From Octopus bimaculoides (lineage: Eukaryota), in contig NC_068984.1 in NCBI RefSeq assembly GCF_001194135.2, forward strand, positions 119,046,285-119,110,284: 64,000 bases of DNA, given 5' to 3'. Under the pieces are notes generated by a model. That model had not been told where the DNA came from, made no database searches, and saw nothing but the letters and a program-made list of their open reading frames with translations. A program made the translations under genes and the position numbers. Numbering within the stretch: the stretch's first letter is position 1; every line of letters starts with the position of its first letter. Shown piece by piece: positions 1-13,022 of this stretch.

Positions 1-180
1 TTGCACCTAATTCATTTAGTCGTATGACTGTCTTCTTTCCTAAGGTATTTTTCAATTTCCTATACAACAGTGCCAACATATTTTAATTTGCTCTGAAGTG
101 CAACTCCAGTGATAAAAGTTGAGAAACCACTAATATAGGTTGTGCCTACAGGGAACTTCCTATTTGCATTAAAGTAGCAA
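1..180 (+). repeat. Copy 1 of a diverged direct duplication (copy 2 at 2009-2194)
   Basis: TTGCACCTAATTCATTTA...GGAACTTCCTATTTGCATT aligns end to end with 2009-2194, with scattered substitutions and small indels. Confidence 0.9.
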
Positions 181-1325
181 AATAAGAAAAAAATAAAATA
201 AGGGATATCAGCATCATGTACACTCAAGCAATGATACACATGAAATATTAACATTCAAAAACATTCACAACACACACACTACCAGCAGTTTCCATCAAAC
301 AAATTCCCTAATTACACTGGTCAGCTCAGGTTCAAGTAGAAGACACTACAGACAGTTCAAATCTAATACCATCATTAAAAATATTTAGTTAACATATTAA
401 CCTAGTGTTGTTGAAAATAAGACATTTAAGCGCTGCCATATGGAAGTGAAAGTATTCACCTTATTAAAAGTGAATTCCAAGACACAAACACTGAAATTTT
501 TTCCAACAAAACAAAACTATTAAAGAATGAATGTAAAACAGTGAACAGCAGATTTCCGGCTAGACATTATAAATCCTCAAGTGTGACAATAACACCAAAT
601 ATTTTAATTAAATTCTTAATAAACATAAGCAAAGCACAGCTATTCAGGGGTAGTGAGTATTAATGCAAGAAAATTATAATGATTAAAAATAAATACATAA
701 ACAGATTTTCTGCCAAATTATGGAATATGACTATCTTGGTTGTAGAGGAGAGTGAGGAGTCTAAGAGCTGCATCATAAGGCTGGATATATATGGAGGTGT
801 ACCAAGAGAGTTTGTCGCAAAACACTTTTTTACTACAATGAAAACTGTTTCTTGTGCAAATCATCAAGCTCATGTATAATTAATTGGGTGTATACTTGGT
901 GAGCATTAAAATAACACATCAAAAAACAATTTCATGGTTTTGACCTGGAAAACACCTATTTTTTGACAATGTAAATATTTTTACAGGGACTTGCAATTGA
1001 GGCAGTGCTTGCATTTCGGATTTTCACTTTTTAAAAAAAAAGTGAAACTCATTACAAATAGCATATATAAAACTAAGACTATTTATTTGAAATTTTTCAG
1101 AAAAGAAAACAAAGTTACACGCCTACAATTCACTCTGCTTTCATATACGTGTGTGTGTGTGTGTGTGTGTGTGNNNNNNNNNNNNNNNNNNNNNNNNNNN
1201 NNNNNNNNNNNNNNNNNNNNNNNNNNNNNNNNNNNNNNNNNNNNNNNNNNNNNNNNNNNNNNNNNNNNNNNNNNNNNNNNNNNNNNNNNNNNNNNNNNNN
1301 NNNNNNNNNNNNNNNNNNNNNNNNN

Positions 1326-1727
1326 GCTCGAGAAACCTCATGTGTCACCCGCACAAGAGCCAGCCCAGGGGCACCGGCAACGATCTCGCTCAAAAAATCC
1401 TACAACAACTCCACACAAGAGCCAGTTCAGGGGCACCGGCAACGATCTCGCTCGAAAAATCCTACAACAACCCCACACAAGAGCCAGTTCAGGGGCACCG
1501 GCAACGATCTCGCTCGAAGAAATTTCATGTGTCACCCGCAAGAGCCAGTCCAGGGGCACTGGCAATGATCTCGCTCGAATAATTTCATGTGTCACCCGCA
1601 CAAGAGCCAGCCCAGGGGCACCGGCAACGATCCCGCTGGAAAGATTTCATGTGTCACCCGCACATGAGCCAGTCCAGGGGCACTGGCAACGATCCCGCTC
1701 GAAAGATTTCATGTGTCGCCCGCACAT
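1326..1727. repeat. GC-rich 62-bp minisatellite, about 6.5 units
   Basis: Units start at 1326, 1388, 1450, 1512, 1573, 1635 and 1697. Conserved part is CAAGAGCCAG..CAGGGGCACCGGCAACGATCTCGCTCG. Confidence 0.95.
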
Positions 1728-1769
1728 ATATGTATATATATATAGATAAATATATATTATATATTCGTC

Positions 1770-1930
1770 TATTCTTTTTACTCGGTTCAGTCATTTGACT
1801 GTGGCCATGCTGAAGCACCACCTTAAGTCGAACAAACTGACCCCAGAACTTATTCGTTTGTAAACTTAATACTTATTCTATCAGTCTTTTTGATGAACCT
1901 CTAAGTTACGGATACATAAACACACCAACA
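1770..1930 (-). mobile_element. 3' portion of tRNA-derived SINE family A
   Basis: Reverse complement matches the tail of the copies at 45358-45748 and 62640-63028 (CAGCATGGCCACAGTCAAATGACTGAA..GAGTAAAAAGAA). Confidence 0.85.
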
Positions 1931-2254
1931 AGAAAAGTACAGATTAAGATTTGAAAGTATAATATGAAATACAGCAATGTTGCAACTCAAAGAAGGGGAG
2001 GGAGGGTTTTGCACCTAATTCATTTACAGTTATATGATTAAATGTCTTCTTTCCTAGGATATTTTTTAACTTCTTATACAACAGTGCCAAAATATTTTGA
2101 TTTGCTCTTAAGTGTAACTCCTATTATAAAAGTTTAGAAACCACTAATATAGGCTGTGCCAACAAGGAACTTCCTATTTGCATTGAAGTTGCAATGCAAA
2201 GGGGGAGGGACAAACACACAAAGATGCACACACAAATAGATACACATTATATAT

Positions 2255-2424
2255 GCACACACAACAGGCTTCTTTCAGTTTCCATCTATCAAATCCACTC
2301 ACAAGGATTTGGTTGGCCCGAGGCTAAAGTAGAAGACACTTGCTCAAGGTGCCATGCAATAGGACTGAACCTGGAAACCATGTGGTTGGGAAGCCAGCTT
2401 CTTACCACACAGCCACACCTGCAC
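2255..2424 (-). mobile_element. SINE 5' head (tRNA-derived, CCTTGGGCAAG CORE-like motif)
   Basis: Reverse complement GGTGTGGCTGTGTGGTAAGAAG...GGTTCAGTCC...AAGTGTCTTCTACT...GAAACTGAAAGAAGCC matches the head at 62640. Confidence 0.88.
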
Positions 2425-2464
<40 letters not shown>

Positions 2465-2659
2465 CACATGCATATAGACATAANNNNNNNNNNACACACT
2501 TATATACATACAAACAACACACATATACACATACATACTTATGTAGGGATAGACATACTTCAAGATGTGTGTCACACTGCTAATCCAGGAATCTTTGTCT
2601 CTCATTAGCTTTGAAAGATTTTCAGTTTTATGTTGTGTATCTACCAATAACATCAACAT

Positions 2660-2990
2660 AGTTGAATGATATTAGGGTGCAAAATCTCCAAAATATGCCC
2701 TATTGTTCAGCAAGATAGCAATGGCCAGCAAAGCTTACTTTGCACTGAGCAAGAATGATAGAAATGAGTGGGACGTGTCCACAAATCTCCTCTGTCTTGT
2801 GTTCATGCTACAAGAGGTTTTGAGCTCTATCAGAAGCCCAGTGTATGTACCATTAAAATGAACTTGATGCTCCATCATAATCCAGGAGTCAGCTCCATAA
2901 AGAATGCTCTCTAAACATGCTCTGAAGAGGGCAAGTCTCACTGACCTGAAAATACTTGACAGAAACATGTGAAATTTGTTACAAGCACTC
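2660..2990 (-). mobile_element. RTE-clade LINE reverse-transcriptase C-terminal fragment (decayed)
   Basis: Translation LALFRACLESILYGADSW...FNGTYTGLL, then in another frame KVSFAGHCYLAEQ. These match RTE motifs LFRACVESVLLYGSETW and RRLRFAGHC. Confidence 0.8.
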
Positions 2991-3397
2991 TAGACTAGTT
3001 CTTGGTATATAATGAAGCCTTTCTTACTATCAAAATGTGTATAATGTGTGAAAAGAAATAACTTTAAGCATGAGTGAATCACTGTCATTTTGGTGACACA
3101 AGCTCACCCATGATTTAATAAAATAATTGGGAAAAACCTTCAATCAAATACAGAAGCTTTTTAGTGTTTTAACTTCAAAACAATATAAAACTTTCCCTCA
3201 TCTCTAATTCTATTTGGATCCAATCCAAAGTATTGTCAATAAAAATTAAATTATTCTTACTATACAAGTCTATATCAAATAATGGGCATCAACTTAATTA
3301 CCAATTTCAGGTTACTCCTCTTAAAATAGTCATTTTTGATAGCAAGAATAAACGTGTGTGTGTGTGTGTGTGTGTGCGCGTGCACACATGCATGCAG

Positions 3398-3530
3398 TTT
3401 CAGGCATAGCTGTGTGGTTAAGAAGTTATTTGTAATAGGTTTTGAGTTCAGCCCTCATGGCATCACAGGCAAGTGTCATTTACTATAGCCCCAGGCTGAT
3501 ATGGTCAATAAAAACTGAAAGAAGCTCTGT
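3398..3530 (+). mobile_element. Degenerate SINE head
   Basis: CAGGCATAGCTGTGTGGTTAAGAAG...GGCAAGTGTC...CTATAGCC...AACTGAAAGAAGC. Confidence 0.7.
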
Positions 3531-3905
3531 GTGTGTGTATGCACATCTAGATATATGTATTGTTTATCTATGGCCAAAGGCATATGCTTACTTAATACTC
3601 ATGCTTCACATACCAATGAGATGGAAGGATCTCTTACTAGTGTGGATCAAAGAAAAAGCAATTACTGTTGATTCAGGAAGTAAAGCAACTTGAGAAAGAT
3701 GGTCCTAATATCAACCCTGATAGCAAGATAAAGCTTGTAGAATTTAAAACCAGTAAGGTTTAGCAAAGCTGCCAATTCAGACAAAATCAGTGCTGAGTTT
3801 TATGAGATTGTGAAAGATAATTTCTTGTTCTCAGGTCTTCAATTATCCCTATGTGTGTGTATGTATGTAAGCACGCACACACACACCTATATATATTTAT
3901 ATATT

Positions 3906-4117
3906 ATTTAGAGAAAAGAACCAAAGTTCATTAACTCATCCATGAAAATCCACAGTCACATATAGAAAAAATTAATAAGTAAATACACTAAAAAGAAGTA
4001 TAATAAAATACAAAGCAAATTATACTTCTTTTTAGTGTATTTACTTATTAATTTTTTGTATATGTGACTGTGGATTTTCATGGATGAGTTCATGAACTTT
4101 GGTTCTTTTCTCTAAAT
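3906..4117. repeat. 99-bp inverted repeat (foldback) with 14-nt loop
   Basis: Arms 3906-4004 and 4019-4117 are reverse complements with 2 mismatches. Confidence 0.95.
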
Positions 4118-4231
4118 TATATATTTATATATTATATACTGTGAAACTTAATTTAATTTTAATTCTTGATAAATTGAATTTAATTGAGTTTTTACCTGTA
4201 AATTTGGATTTTTATCCCTAATATTATTATT

Positions 4232-4280
<49 letters not shown>

Positions 4281-4399
4281 CATACATATACGTACTCATA
4301 CACATGTGTGTATACTCTCACAATGTGTTTATGGATCAGTTTATCTATCTTTCTGGCGTTTTATTTTCTGTAGTAAAAGAAAAAAATGCTTAAGAGGAC

Positions 4400-4900
4400 C
4401 TTACATCACACAGGAGAGGAACCAGATTATTTGCACGTTAGTTAAAGGATAAGCTAATGCTGCAGGGGATTTGAAGGAGAAACCACTCTTGATGTATAAT
4501 TCTGCAATGCCCACATCAATAAGAACAGGCTTGGCATTCAGTGGGCTTTCTACTCAAAGACTTGGATTGCCAGGAATTTATTTACTGCAATTATTCATTT
4601 ACATTTAAGGTAAACAACTTTTTACTGTGTTTACCTCCATTTCAAAAGAATAATATCTTTAAGAGTTTTCTTGGTATGAACTGCTCCAGCACACTGTCCT
4701 AATTTCATGAACCAAATGCCACAAGAGTTTGATTTTCTGTCTCCCAATAACACTTATTTGAAACAGGCCATGAATTGGCAAGCAGGAAAAAATTTTTTTA
4801 AAGTTACACAAGCATCTATTAAGGACTTGTTTTAAAGTATGGAGAGAGGGTGTCTGTTGTAACACTGATACAGAAATGAGGGTTGTCATGAATTTAATCA
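4400..4900 (+). mobile_element. Tigger/pogo-type DDE transposase relic
   Basis: Frames give ANAAGDLKEKPLLMYNS...KNRLGIQW...KTWIARNLF and FLSPNNTYLKQAM. Compare Tigger GANAAGDFKLKP...KAWMT and FLPPNTTSLIQPMD. Confidence 0.75.
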
Positions 4901-6289
4901 AACCATTAATTTTATTTAAAAGTTAATTATTTGTTTTATATATTTATGCTATTTGTCATGTACTAACATTAACATTCATCAACATTTTACATGTACTTTT
5001 CCAATTTGGCCTGAGTTGGAGATTTTCTGCAGTGGTGTTTTACAGCCAGTTGCTTTTCTGTCACCAACAGTTTTAGTTGCCTCTTGTAACATTGCAGGAC
5101 CTATTCTAAAACCAGGATACAAATAGTAATAAAAGATCACTTTAATATTCAATGACATTTACATCTTCCTGGCAGAGAAAGAGAGATTTTCAAAATGATC
5201 TAAGGATTTTACAATTATTAATTGTTTACTTTACTTATTATCTTACTTGTACCTATCACATGATGAGTAATTTTGGAAGTATATCACCACAGGTAATATC
5301 AGGAAATATGGTATAAATACAACTATAATTTATCCAATTTCTTGGTATTTGTATAATGAAATACAAATTTTCAAAAGAAAAATATTTATTACCTAAAAAT
5401 TACATAAAACAATTTTTCATTTATGTAACTCCTTTCATAACTATTGTCCTTTACTCCCTCTCTTCCTACCTCTGAGTTTTTCTTTCACTGTACCTGTATG
5501 TGCATAGCAGTCAGTTACACATTGCCTACCACCAAGGCTGTATGAGCCTCATCCAGCACCTTATGCTATCTCTTACTCTCTCTCCCCCTCTCCCTATACA
5601 ATGTAAAGCATGACAGGAGGAACCAACCAACAAACCAACATTTATATCAGCTACTGTTATACAAAGATTGCATTACTATGTAGGGCTGTGGAGTCAGTAC
5701 ACAAATGCTTCAACTCCTACTCTTCAAAGGTACCACCAATTCCTCTATTTGCAATTAGCTCATATTTTTTGTATTGATTAAGAACAAACATATGGACAAT
5801 GTGGAATCATCAGGCAACTTTATAGAACTCTAACCTGTTAAAGTTTGGGTTTAAAGGTTATTGCCCTGCAGCTGTGGTTTTCCTATTTATTAAAGTTAGA
5901 ATTAAGCAAAAGACAACACCTACAAAATTAAAAGTAAAAGAGTGTTTTATCAAAAGACTACATAGTAAAACGATATGAAAGAAACTATAGAAATAATATT
6001 AAAAGAAATCAGAAATATTTGTTTAGCAGCTGAAAAATCTAAAGTACATCAAAATTAAAACTAAAAGAATGAATATCAAAAGCAACTTAACCATTTTAAA
6101 ACAAATAAACTCAGGTAGATAACGTTTTGTTTTTGATTAATACATTGTTTGAATATAAAATTAAAGTGTATGTAATATGAAAGATTATATTAAATGAAAT
6201 AAAAATGATATTGTAAAAGTGTAAAATTTATTCCTTCAAAATATATTAAATTGAAAATTTTACTGCATTATATTACATTTTGCCAACTG

Positions 6290-7100
6290 CAATTGTTGGC
6301 AGAGAAATGTAGAAGATAGCTGGAGTATGTAACAGAGTAATTAAGTTTGGGTTACTTTTGGGCAACATCATGGCAACAGTTGTCTATATATGCACAACAT
6401 CTAGGATTCTTTCCAATAATTGACAGCAACTTGATTATCATAACTGGTACTAATGAACTTGTTTGTTAACATCATGATGGCTACTCCGGCATACACAGGC
6501 ACTATATATATGTTATGAGGAATTAGGAGAGGTGAAAGCTCTTTGAGTTTATAATGTAAATAACCTAATCATTTTCAGTACTAAATTCAGTTAAGTGGTG
6601 AGCAACATCACCTACCAATCAGACACGGACACCAAAGAGACTTCATTTTCATCAAGAAATAAGGTCGGCAACTAGTGGTAGGTAAATAAGAACTAAACAG
6701 AGTTTCAAGACAATCTGAAGATGGCAGCTATAAATAATGAAAGATATCTCTGCCAGGTGTAAGTTCAGAGGAAGTTTTAGGTGACACATGGCCAAGATGA
6801 AAGCATAGATAGATATCTATAACACAGCAGGCTATTGGATATTTCTATGAGACAACCTGACTAAACCTGTGGTTGATGCAAGGCACCAACTACACAAAGT
6901 GACATGGTAGTGGAATGGTACACTTGATAGGGTAATGAGACAGACCTAGAAAGATTGGATGAAATGGGGGAGCAGAGTACAAAACCTAGAATAGAGACAG
7001 ATTCACCAGAGGGACTGGCTATTGAAGCTGGTAGCTATATGGTAGAAAGCACAATTAAGGTTATGAAAGCAAGGATGATCAAAGGACCATCAGATATGCC
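6290..7100 (+). mobile_element. Heavily decayed LINE (RTE-like endonuclease region)
   Basis: Faint GVCNRVIK..LLG....TVV.YA-like peptide remnants with many stops. Confidence 0.35.
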
Positions 7101-8849
7101 ATATATATTAATATATTTTGGCCAACCTCCTTTCTCCAAAACTAGAAGTCATCTTAATCACTAAATATAAAATTTGAATATTAACATCCTTGGTCTCGTG
7201 GAGCAAAATAGAAGACAGTTTACAAATTAAAAGGAAACATCTGTAGTGCATTTCCAACATTCATCTATTCAAAATACTGTGACATATACAGCAAGTATAG
7301 TGTAAAACTTATTTTAAATGGAAATTCTTAAGTTATCTTAGATACCCTGTTGTTTAATACACTAATATTACATGGGCTAAAAATGAAGTATTGCAAAGAA
7401 CAAAGTCTTAGCAGGAAAGAAGACTGTATTGCCAACTGTTAAGTGGCCAAACTCAATATTAAGAAACAGAATTATATTCTGTAAAAGAAATGTAAATGAT
7501 GCAGAGGGGGCAGATACAGTAAGAACATAGGAAGACTAACAAAGAAAGGAAAATTTCATATCTAGTATAGATGCACAGAAATAGTTAACAATAAAAGCTC
7601 CTGTACAGTGTTGGGAAAGTTTCCTAGAATTGTGGGTTTCAAATAATACATGCTAATAACATAATTTAAGGCTTTAAAAATCCAATCTAAAGGATGAGCA
7701 GCTTGAAAAGCAAATTATTATAATTTTGTTACATGCAATATGGTTTATTAAAAAAAAAAGGTAAGCAATAATTTGCTGTATTTTCTTCTGAATTCTAACT
7801 TCTGTTACCTAAGTGATCTAAGAAGCAGTATTGTAGCCCGAGTAAGAAGTGGAGGGAAAAGTTTAGGGAGCTATCATCACAGCAGAGAAAAGGGGTTTCT
7901 CTCTGAGTGAATAAAGAGTAGATTGTATAATGTTTGTAGGAAGTGTAATATGGGAGGGTAGTCAAACAAGGACATCGAATGCTGAGGATATGTAAAGAAT
8001 GGAAAGAAAGAGGTAAGCAAGCACTACATATTTGTAGACTCTTATGATTATGTATGTTATATAAAAAAGTGTATTGTATGTTCTATCAAGTTTCAGTAGA
8101 TCTACATATCACATGTATAAAAAAATTCATGTTAGCATATTTGTATAGAACTCTATCTAGGTTTATGTACATTAACTACAATGAATTTTTCTGGTATGAG
8201 TGCATTTGCAAAATTGCAGTGTATGGACTTGCATCTTAGACATACATGTGCTACCATACATTATATGTACATATACTTAATTGTATGCTGTCCATGCATA
8301 TTTTACCTGTATCGTATGCATGTGCATTTTCATACATGTGTGTATATATGTTTATTTAAATGTTTCATTTATTTGTCTGTGAAATATCATCATATGTATT
8401 TTTTTAAGCATACACACAAGTGTATACTTGTGTATGTCTACAATATGTGTGTGGTTTTATACATTCAAATTACATGTCTTTAGAGTATGTAAGATATACC
8501 AGTTTACATGTCAAGTTTGTTTAAATGTATAATAGTCACAAATATGAGTTTGTGCAATAAGAGAGGGAAAACATGCACAATACATACAATAAATTACATA
8601 CAATAAATTACATTTCTTTCTTGCATCTTTCATTCAGCTTCTCATGTGTATGTGTATACATGAAAGAGTATGATTCTATTATATGTACGTGAATATATGC
8701 ACATTTATGCTTATGTATAGAGTGACTTGTGACTGTAAGAATGATTTTAAAAAAGTTCTAAGCTGTTATTCTAGTAAGCATATTGTCAAAATTTATATGA
8801 CACTCCAACACATTTTCAATAGAAGTCTCTCTAGACTCATTAAATTTTC

Positions 8850-9700
8850 AGCCATATAACGAGATAATTTGTGATTTATAAGTAAGTTTCATAAGTGCCT
8901 TATACAAAACTGTAGGCTCTTCAGTCAATTGTGTAGATTTACAGCTAATGCATAAAGACACACCACATACAGAGTGTGTACAGTGTAAACAGCATGAATT
9001 ATAGGTATGCAAGATATGTACTGAGAACACAAGACAGCTGATGGTGAATAAAGACTTAGTAATCAGCAGATGCACATTAGTTAGTAAACAGAGCACCAGT
9101 CAAATAACATTTCCAAAGCTTGTGAGGCTCTGTTAAAAGTAAATGAGAACTTCTGTTACCTTTGCAACCAAATCAGCAGTAAAAAACAGTGCTCTGAAAG
9201 CATAGTAGTTAAAATAAGTACAGAGTGGAAAAAGTTCAGAGAGCTATCACTACTACTGGCAACAAGTGACTAAAGATTGTTCTGTTGCTTTTAAATTAAG
9301 TGTGATGCTGCATAGTAGTGAGATGTATGCAATAAATGCATCAGCTGTGCAAAAGTTGGAGAGAAAAAAGTAAGCATGCCCCTCTGGATGTGTAATATTA
9401 AAGTGCATGAACAACACGGTACAGGTAAGTTGAGAGATAGAGTGAGTACAAATGAAATCAATTTTAGTGTGCAAGCAATACATTGCTAAACACATGGAAT
9501 GCATATGGATGGTAATAAATGATTTTAAAAAAAGCAGGATATCAGTATGTCCAAGCGAAAGGAGACTGTGGAGGTGGAAGATTAAAGAAGATGCAGGTAG
9601 TGATAAAAGCTAGTCTTGAAGATGATAATGGATCACAATACATGTCAGAAAGAACCCAACCAACTGCTTCAAGCAACAAAAAGCTGATATAAAATTGATT
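8850..9700 (+). mobile_element. RTE-clade LINE 3' RT fragment (decayed)
   Basis: Remnants NFCYL, WKKFRELSLLLAT, VMLHSSE and MPLWMCNIKVHEQH resemble the RTE C-terminus. Confidence 0.65.
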
Positions 9701-9989
9701 ACAAAGAAACATCATACTTAAAATTTATTCAATGTGCAAGGAGAATAAGATGCATTACTTCACACAGTACTGAAGTAATAAATTGTTGGTTATCTATATT
9801 AACTGTTTTGATACCAACATTTTTAAAATCATGCCAGGTCAGGTGTGGGGCACATGCCATGTTGCTGCATTCACCATTTTTTGATATCCCAGTCCTCTTG
9901 GGCAACCCATTGAACAGAGTCCTAGTCAATGCTCATTTTTGTGAGATACTTCATCTGCCAAGTGGTCGACCAACATAAGCTGGCAACCC

Positions 9990-10640
9990 ACACTTGGCTG
10001 AATGGTAGCTCGAAGTTGTGGTGCACTCATTGGTGAAACTAGGATTACAGACCTAGATTATGCTGATAATGCAGTTATTCTTGCTGAGTCTTTAGATGTC
10101 TTAAGGAGCACTGTCTTTTCACTGAGTGAAAAAGCAAAACCACTTGGCCCTTAGAGTCTTTTGGGTCAAGACAAAGACGAAGTCTTTTACTGGTTTCTTG
10201 GAGGACTCCACCTTACCTGTCTGTTACGGGTGGTATTGTCAAAGATGTTGACCTCATCACTTCTTTCAACAGTGAGATTCATAGCAGCATTAGCTGTGAG
10301 TCTGAAGTCCTAAAAAGATTTGGACAAGAAGGTACAGTTGTGGACTCATTGGACAAGGGTACTTGGTGCTGCTGATATCTGTGCAAGAGGACAAAGGTTC
10401 AGGTCTTCAGGTTTCTGGTCCTCCCTATCCTGCTCTATGATTGTAAAACTTAAACAATGTCCAGGACCCTTAGGAGCTGCCTGAACTTCTTTGGTATCAG
10501 GATGCTTCAGAGGATTATGGATTACCATCAGTCAAATTTCATATCTAACTAATGACTACTTAAAAATTGTGATGCATCCTATTACTAGTATGTTTCAGGA
10601 GCACCAACATAAGACTGTCTGGCTACATTGATTGATTTTT
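9990..10640 (+). mobile_element. RTE-clade LINE RT fragment including the catalytic motif
   Basis: IGETRITDLDYADNAVILAESLDVL (YADD-like) and RTKVQVFRFLVLPILLYDC; stops and frameshifts present. Confidence 0.8.
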
Positions 10641-10962
10641 TTCTCAGTTAGTTACCATATTCTTTTCACTGAAGATCCAGCAGGGTTGTTTTAAAAAGAC
10701 CTTGATTAAAACCTTCCATCAAAATTTCATGTATGCTCCAAACACCAGTATAATAAAATTATTTTACTAAATTCTTTATTATTTTCAAAATAAGTTGAAA
10801 CAAAAGCACTGTATGTCTACGTAAATATGGTAAGAAAAAGTTAGCATCCCATCTGAAACTGCCCCTGGTTCTATGATATTAAGTGCCAGTTTTAAATGAT
10901 CTAAACCTAAACTTTCCATTATGATGATTTCTAGCTAATTTATCTTCTAAACACCAACTTAA

Positions 10963-11184
10963 CCCTTTAATATTCAGATTATTCCTCAAATGTGATGCTT
11001 ATTTAATCATATTATTTTGAATTACTCACGCATTGTCTTGTACCTTTAAAATTTCAGTGATGTGACTGCATATTTTTAGAATGACATTCTAGGGTAGGTA
11101 TGTGATGCCAGATCTGGTCATCTTGACCATAAAACAGGTAGAGTATTTGGACCGGGTATGGCCGGTTTAATTGATAAAGAGTTC
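10963..11184 (+). mobile_element. TTAA-flanked piggyBac-type MITE
   Basis: TTAA|CCCTTTAATATTCAG... with degenerate right end AAAGAGTT; body matches 36298-36513. Confidence 0.75.
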
Positions 11185-12471
11185 ATGAAGAGAAAGTAAT
11201 TTTACAACATTATTATTTTCATAATTAATTGAAACAAAGACTGTATTTCAAAAGAGATATGGTGACAAAAGTGTTAAACTTTTCTACTACACAGTGTAGT
11301 ACATAAGCTGTGCATGTCTGTGTATATATGTCAATTGCATAGATATTACACTTAATAGTTGCCAACAGGTATCTAAAGCATCAGTAAAACAAGTTACAGT
11401 CCTTCTTACAAAAAATAGTGAAACAAAATATATCACGCTCACTGAAAACACTACAAAAAAATCCCCAGAATACATACACCTCACCACCCAACTACATCTG
11501 GAATTTAAAAGATAACGTTAACAATATTAATATTAAAATCAATTGGTTCATAATCAAACATTTATCCACAGAAGGATGCTCTTTGTCTCTTGGAGAAACA
11601 GAATATCTTACTACAGTCTTTTATGATTTAAAAAAAAATTAGAATCATTGAATTATTGCTGATACTTCCATTAATATTTACTGAAGAATCATCTATGAAC
11701 TGCTGAAAATAGATTAGTTCTTCAATAATGAATTTACCATACTTTGAGAGATGGTCATATAATGAGAAAAAAAAAATGTTTCCTTTGCTTTCTTGTACTT
11801 TATACATATGATGCTAAAGATGTAGAAATACTGCTTTTGCATGTGAATAGATAAATATATGCTCTGCTTTATAATTCAGAGTGGTTACAAATATTTTCTC
11901 CGGTGACATAAATACTAACATGGCACCTGTTGAAAATGAAGGGACTCATTTCTAACTTCTTTTAGTAATCTTCACATCTTGTTCCATTTTTGTGCTCTTT
12001 CAGTTATTCTTTTTATCCACAATCATTGTTATCACTGACTCAGTCACATAAATCTGTATTTCATTTTTTATCGCATTTTATTTTTCTCAATTAAAATTTT
12101 CCTCTGCTTCTCATTTTTCAACAACTTCCTCATGCACATACACTTCAATACATACAAATTCTCTCTCCTCTGAGTCTACCACATTACCTCTCTAATTCCC
12201 TACCCTTATTATAGAGCTTTCTTTCTAGTTCTCCTCTCTTGCTAACCTTTCACTGTCTGATTGCAAAATAAAAAATCTGTCCCACAAGCTACTGACTGCT
12301 GGTTATTTCTCCCTCTTGCTCAGTTTAATCACATCTTACCTATTTTAACTCTTTATAACACTTTCTCTTTTACATTGTTTTCAGGTACGTCACTGCTTTC
12401 TCCTTCCGGTGTAATAAAGAGATAATGTGAGAAACAATAACCTGACACATGACTGCATTAAAAATATCACA

Positions 12472-12503
<32 letters not shown>

Positions 12504-13022
12504 AGAGTATCCATTTTAAAAATGACAGTTTTCAATTATGTGGAATGTTTTTCAAGGAGGAATAGACCTACAAATGATGATATATTCACCATATTACATG
12601 GTTTATTTAAAATAAAAAAGCTAAACAAATTTTAAAAAAACAGTGTCCATACACACAGGTTAGTTTTACCAAAAAATGACAGTCTATGTAACTTGCACCA
12701 TACCACTGATGCTACTCAGACTTATTTTAGATACAATGCATCTTTCCACCCTACCACAAATACTGAGTATCAAATGAGATTTGCACCACGTGTAATATAT
12801 ACCAGTGTATATTTTACAATACTTTCATTATGTACACACATGTACAGGGTCTGTGTGTATCAGTGTGTGCAAGTCATTTTCATATTACTCTCATATTACA
12901 TTTGCTTTCGCAATTTGGAGTAGGAAAGTAGTCAAACTCATTGGGACAATGTTAAAAACGGTGTGATGTGCAATAGAGGTGATAGGTGACAGATGTAGTC
13001 CAAAGAGTGGTGGGTGGTAGTA

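Noticed and set aside
679-1130. ORF MIKNKYINRF...SCANHQAHV with possible transposon-like end
   Set aside because: No recognisable domain, TIR pair or TSD could be established.
1326-1727. CRISPR-like repeat/spacer layout
   Set aside because: The variable parts are only two recurring variants rather than unique spacers, there are no cas genes, and the context is a eukaryotic intron.
991-1749. Long ORFs in the track here and at 31619-32259, 48909-50228 and 63107-63921
   Set aside because: They are open only because they run through N gaps, microsatellites or the minisatellite.
3906-4240. Hammerhead ribozyme expected in a Penelope-type terminus
   Set aside because: No CTGANGA...GAAA core with proper helices was found here or at the other CTGATGA/CTGAAGA sites I inspected.
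5248-5392. Minus-strand acceptor at 5392 with open frame GNKYFSFENLY...LLIM* and an AG|GTAATA junction
   Set aside because: No similarity to VAP or any protein I recognise; very AT-rich; donor is weak.
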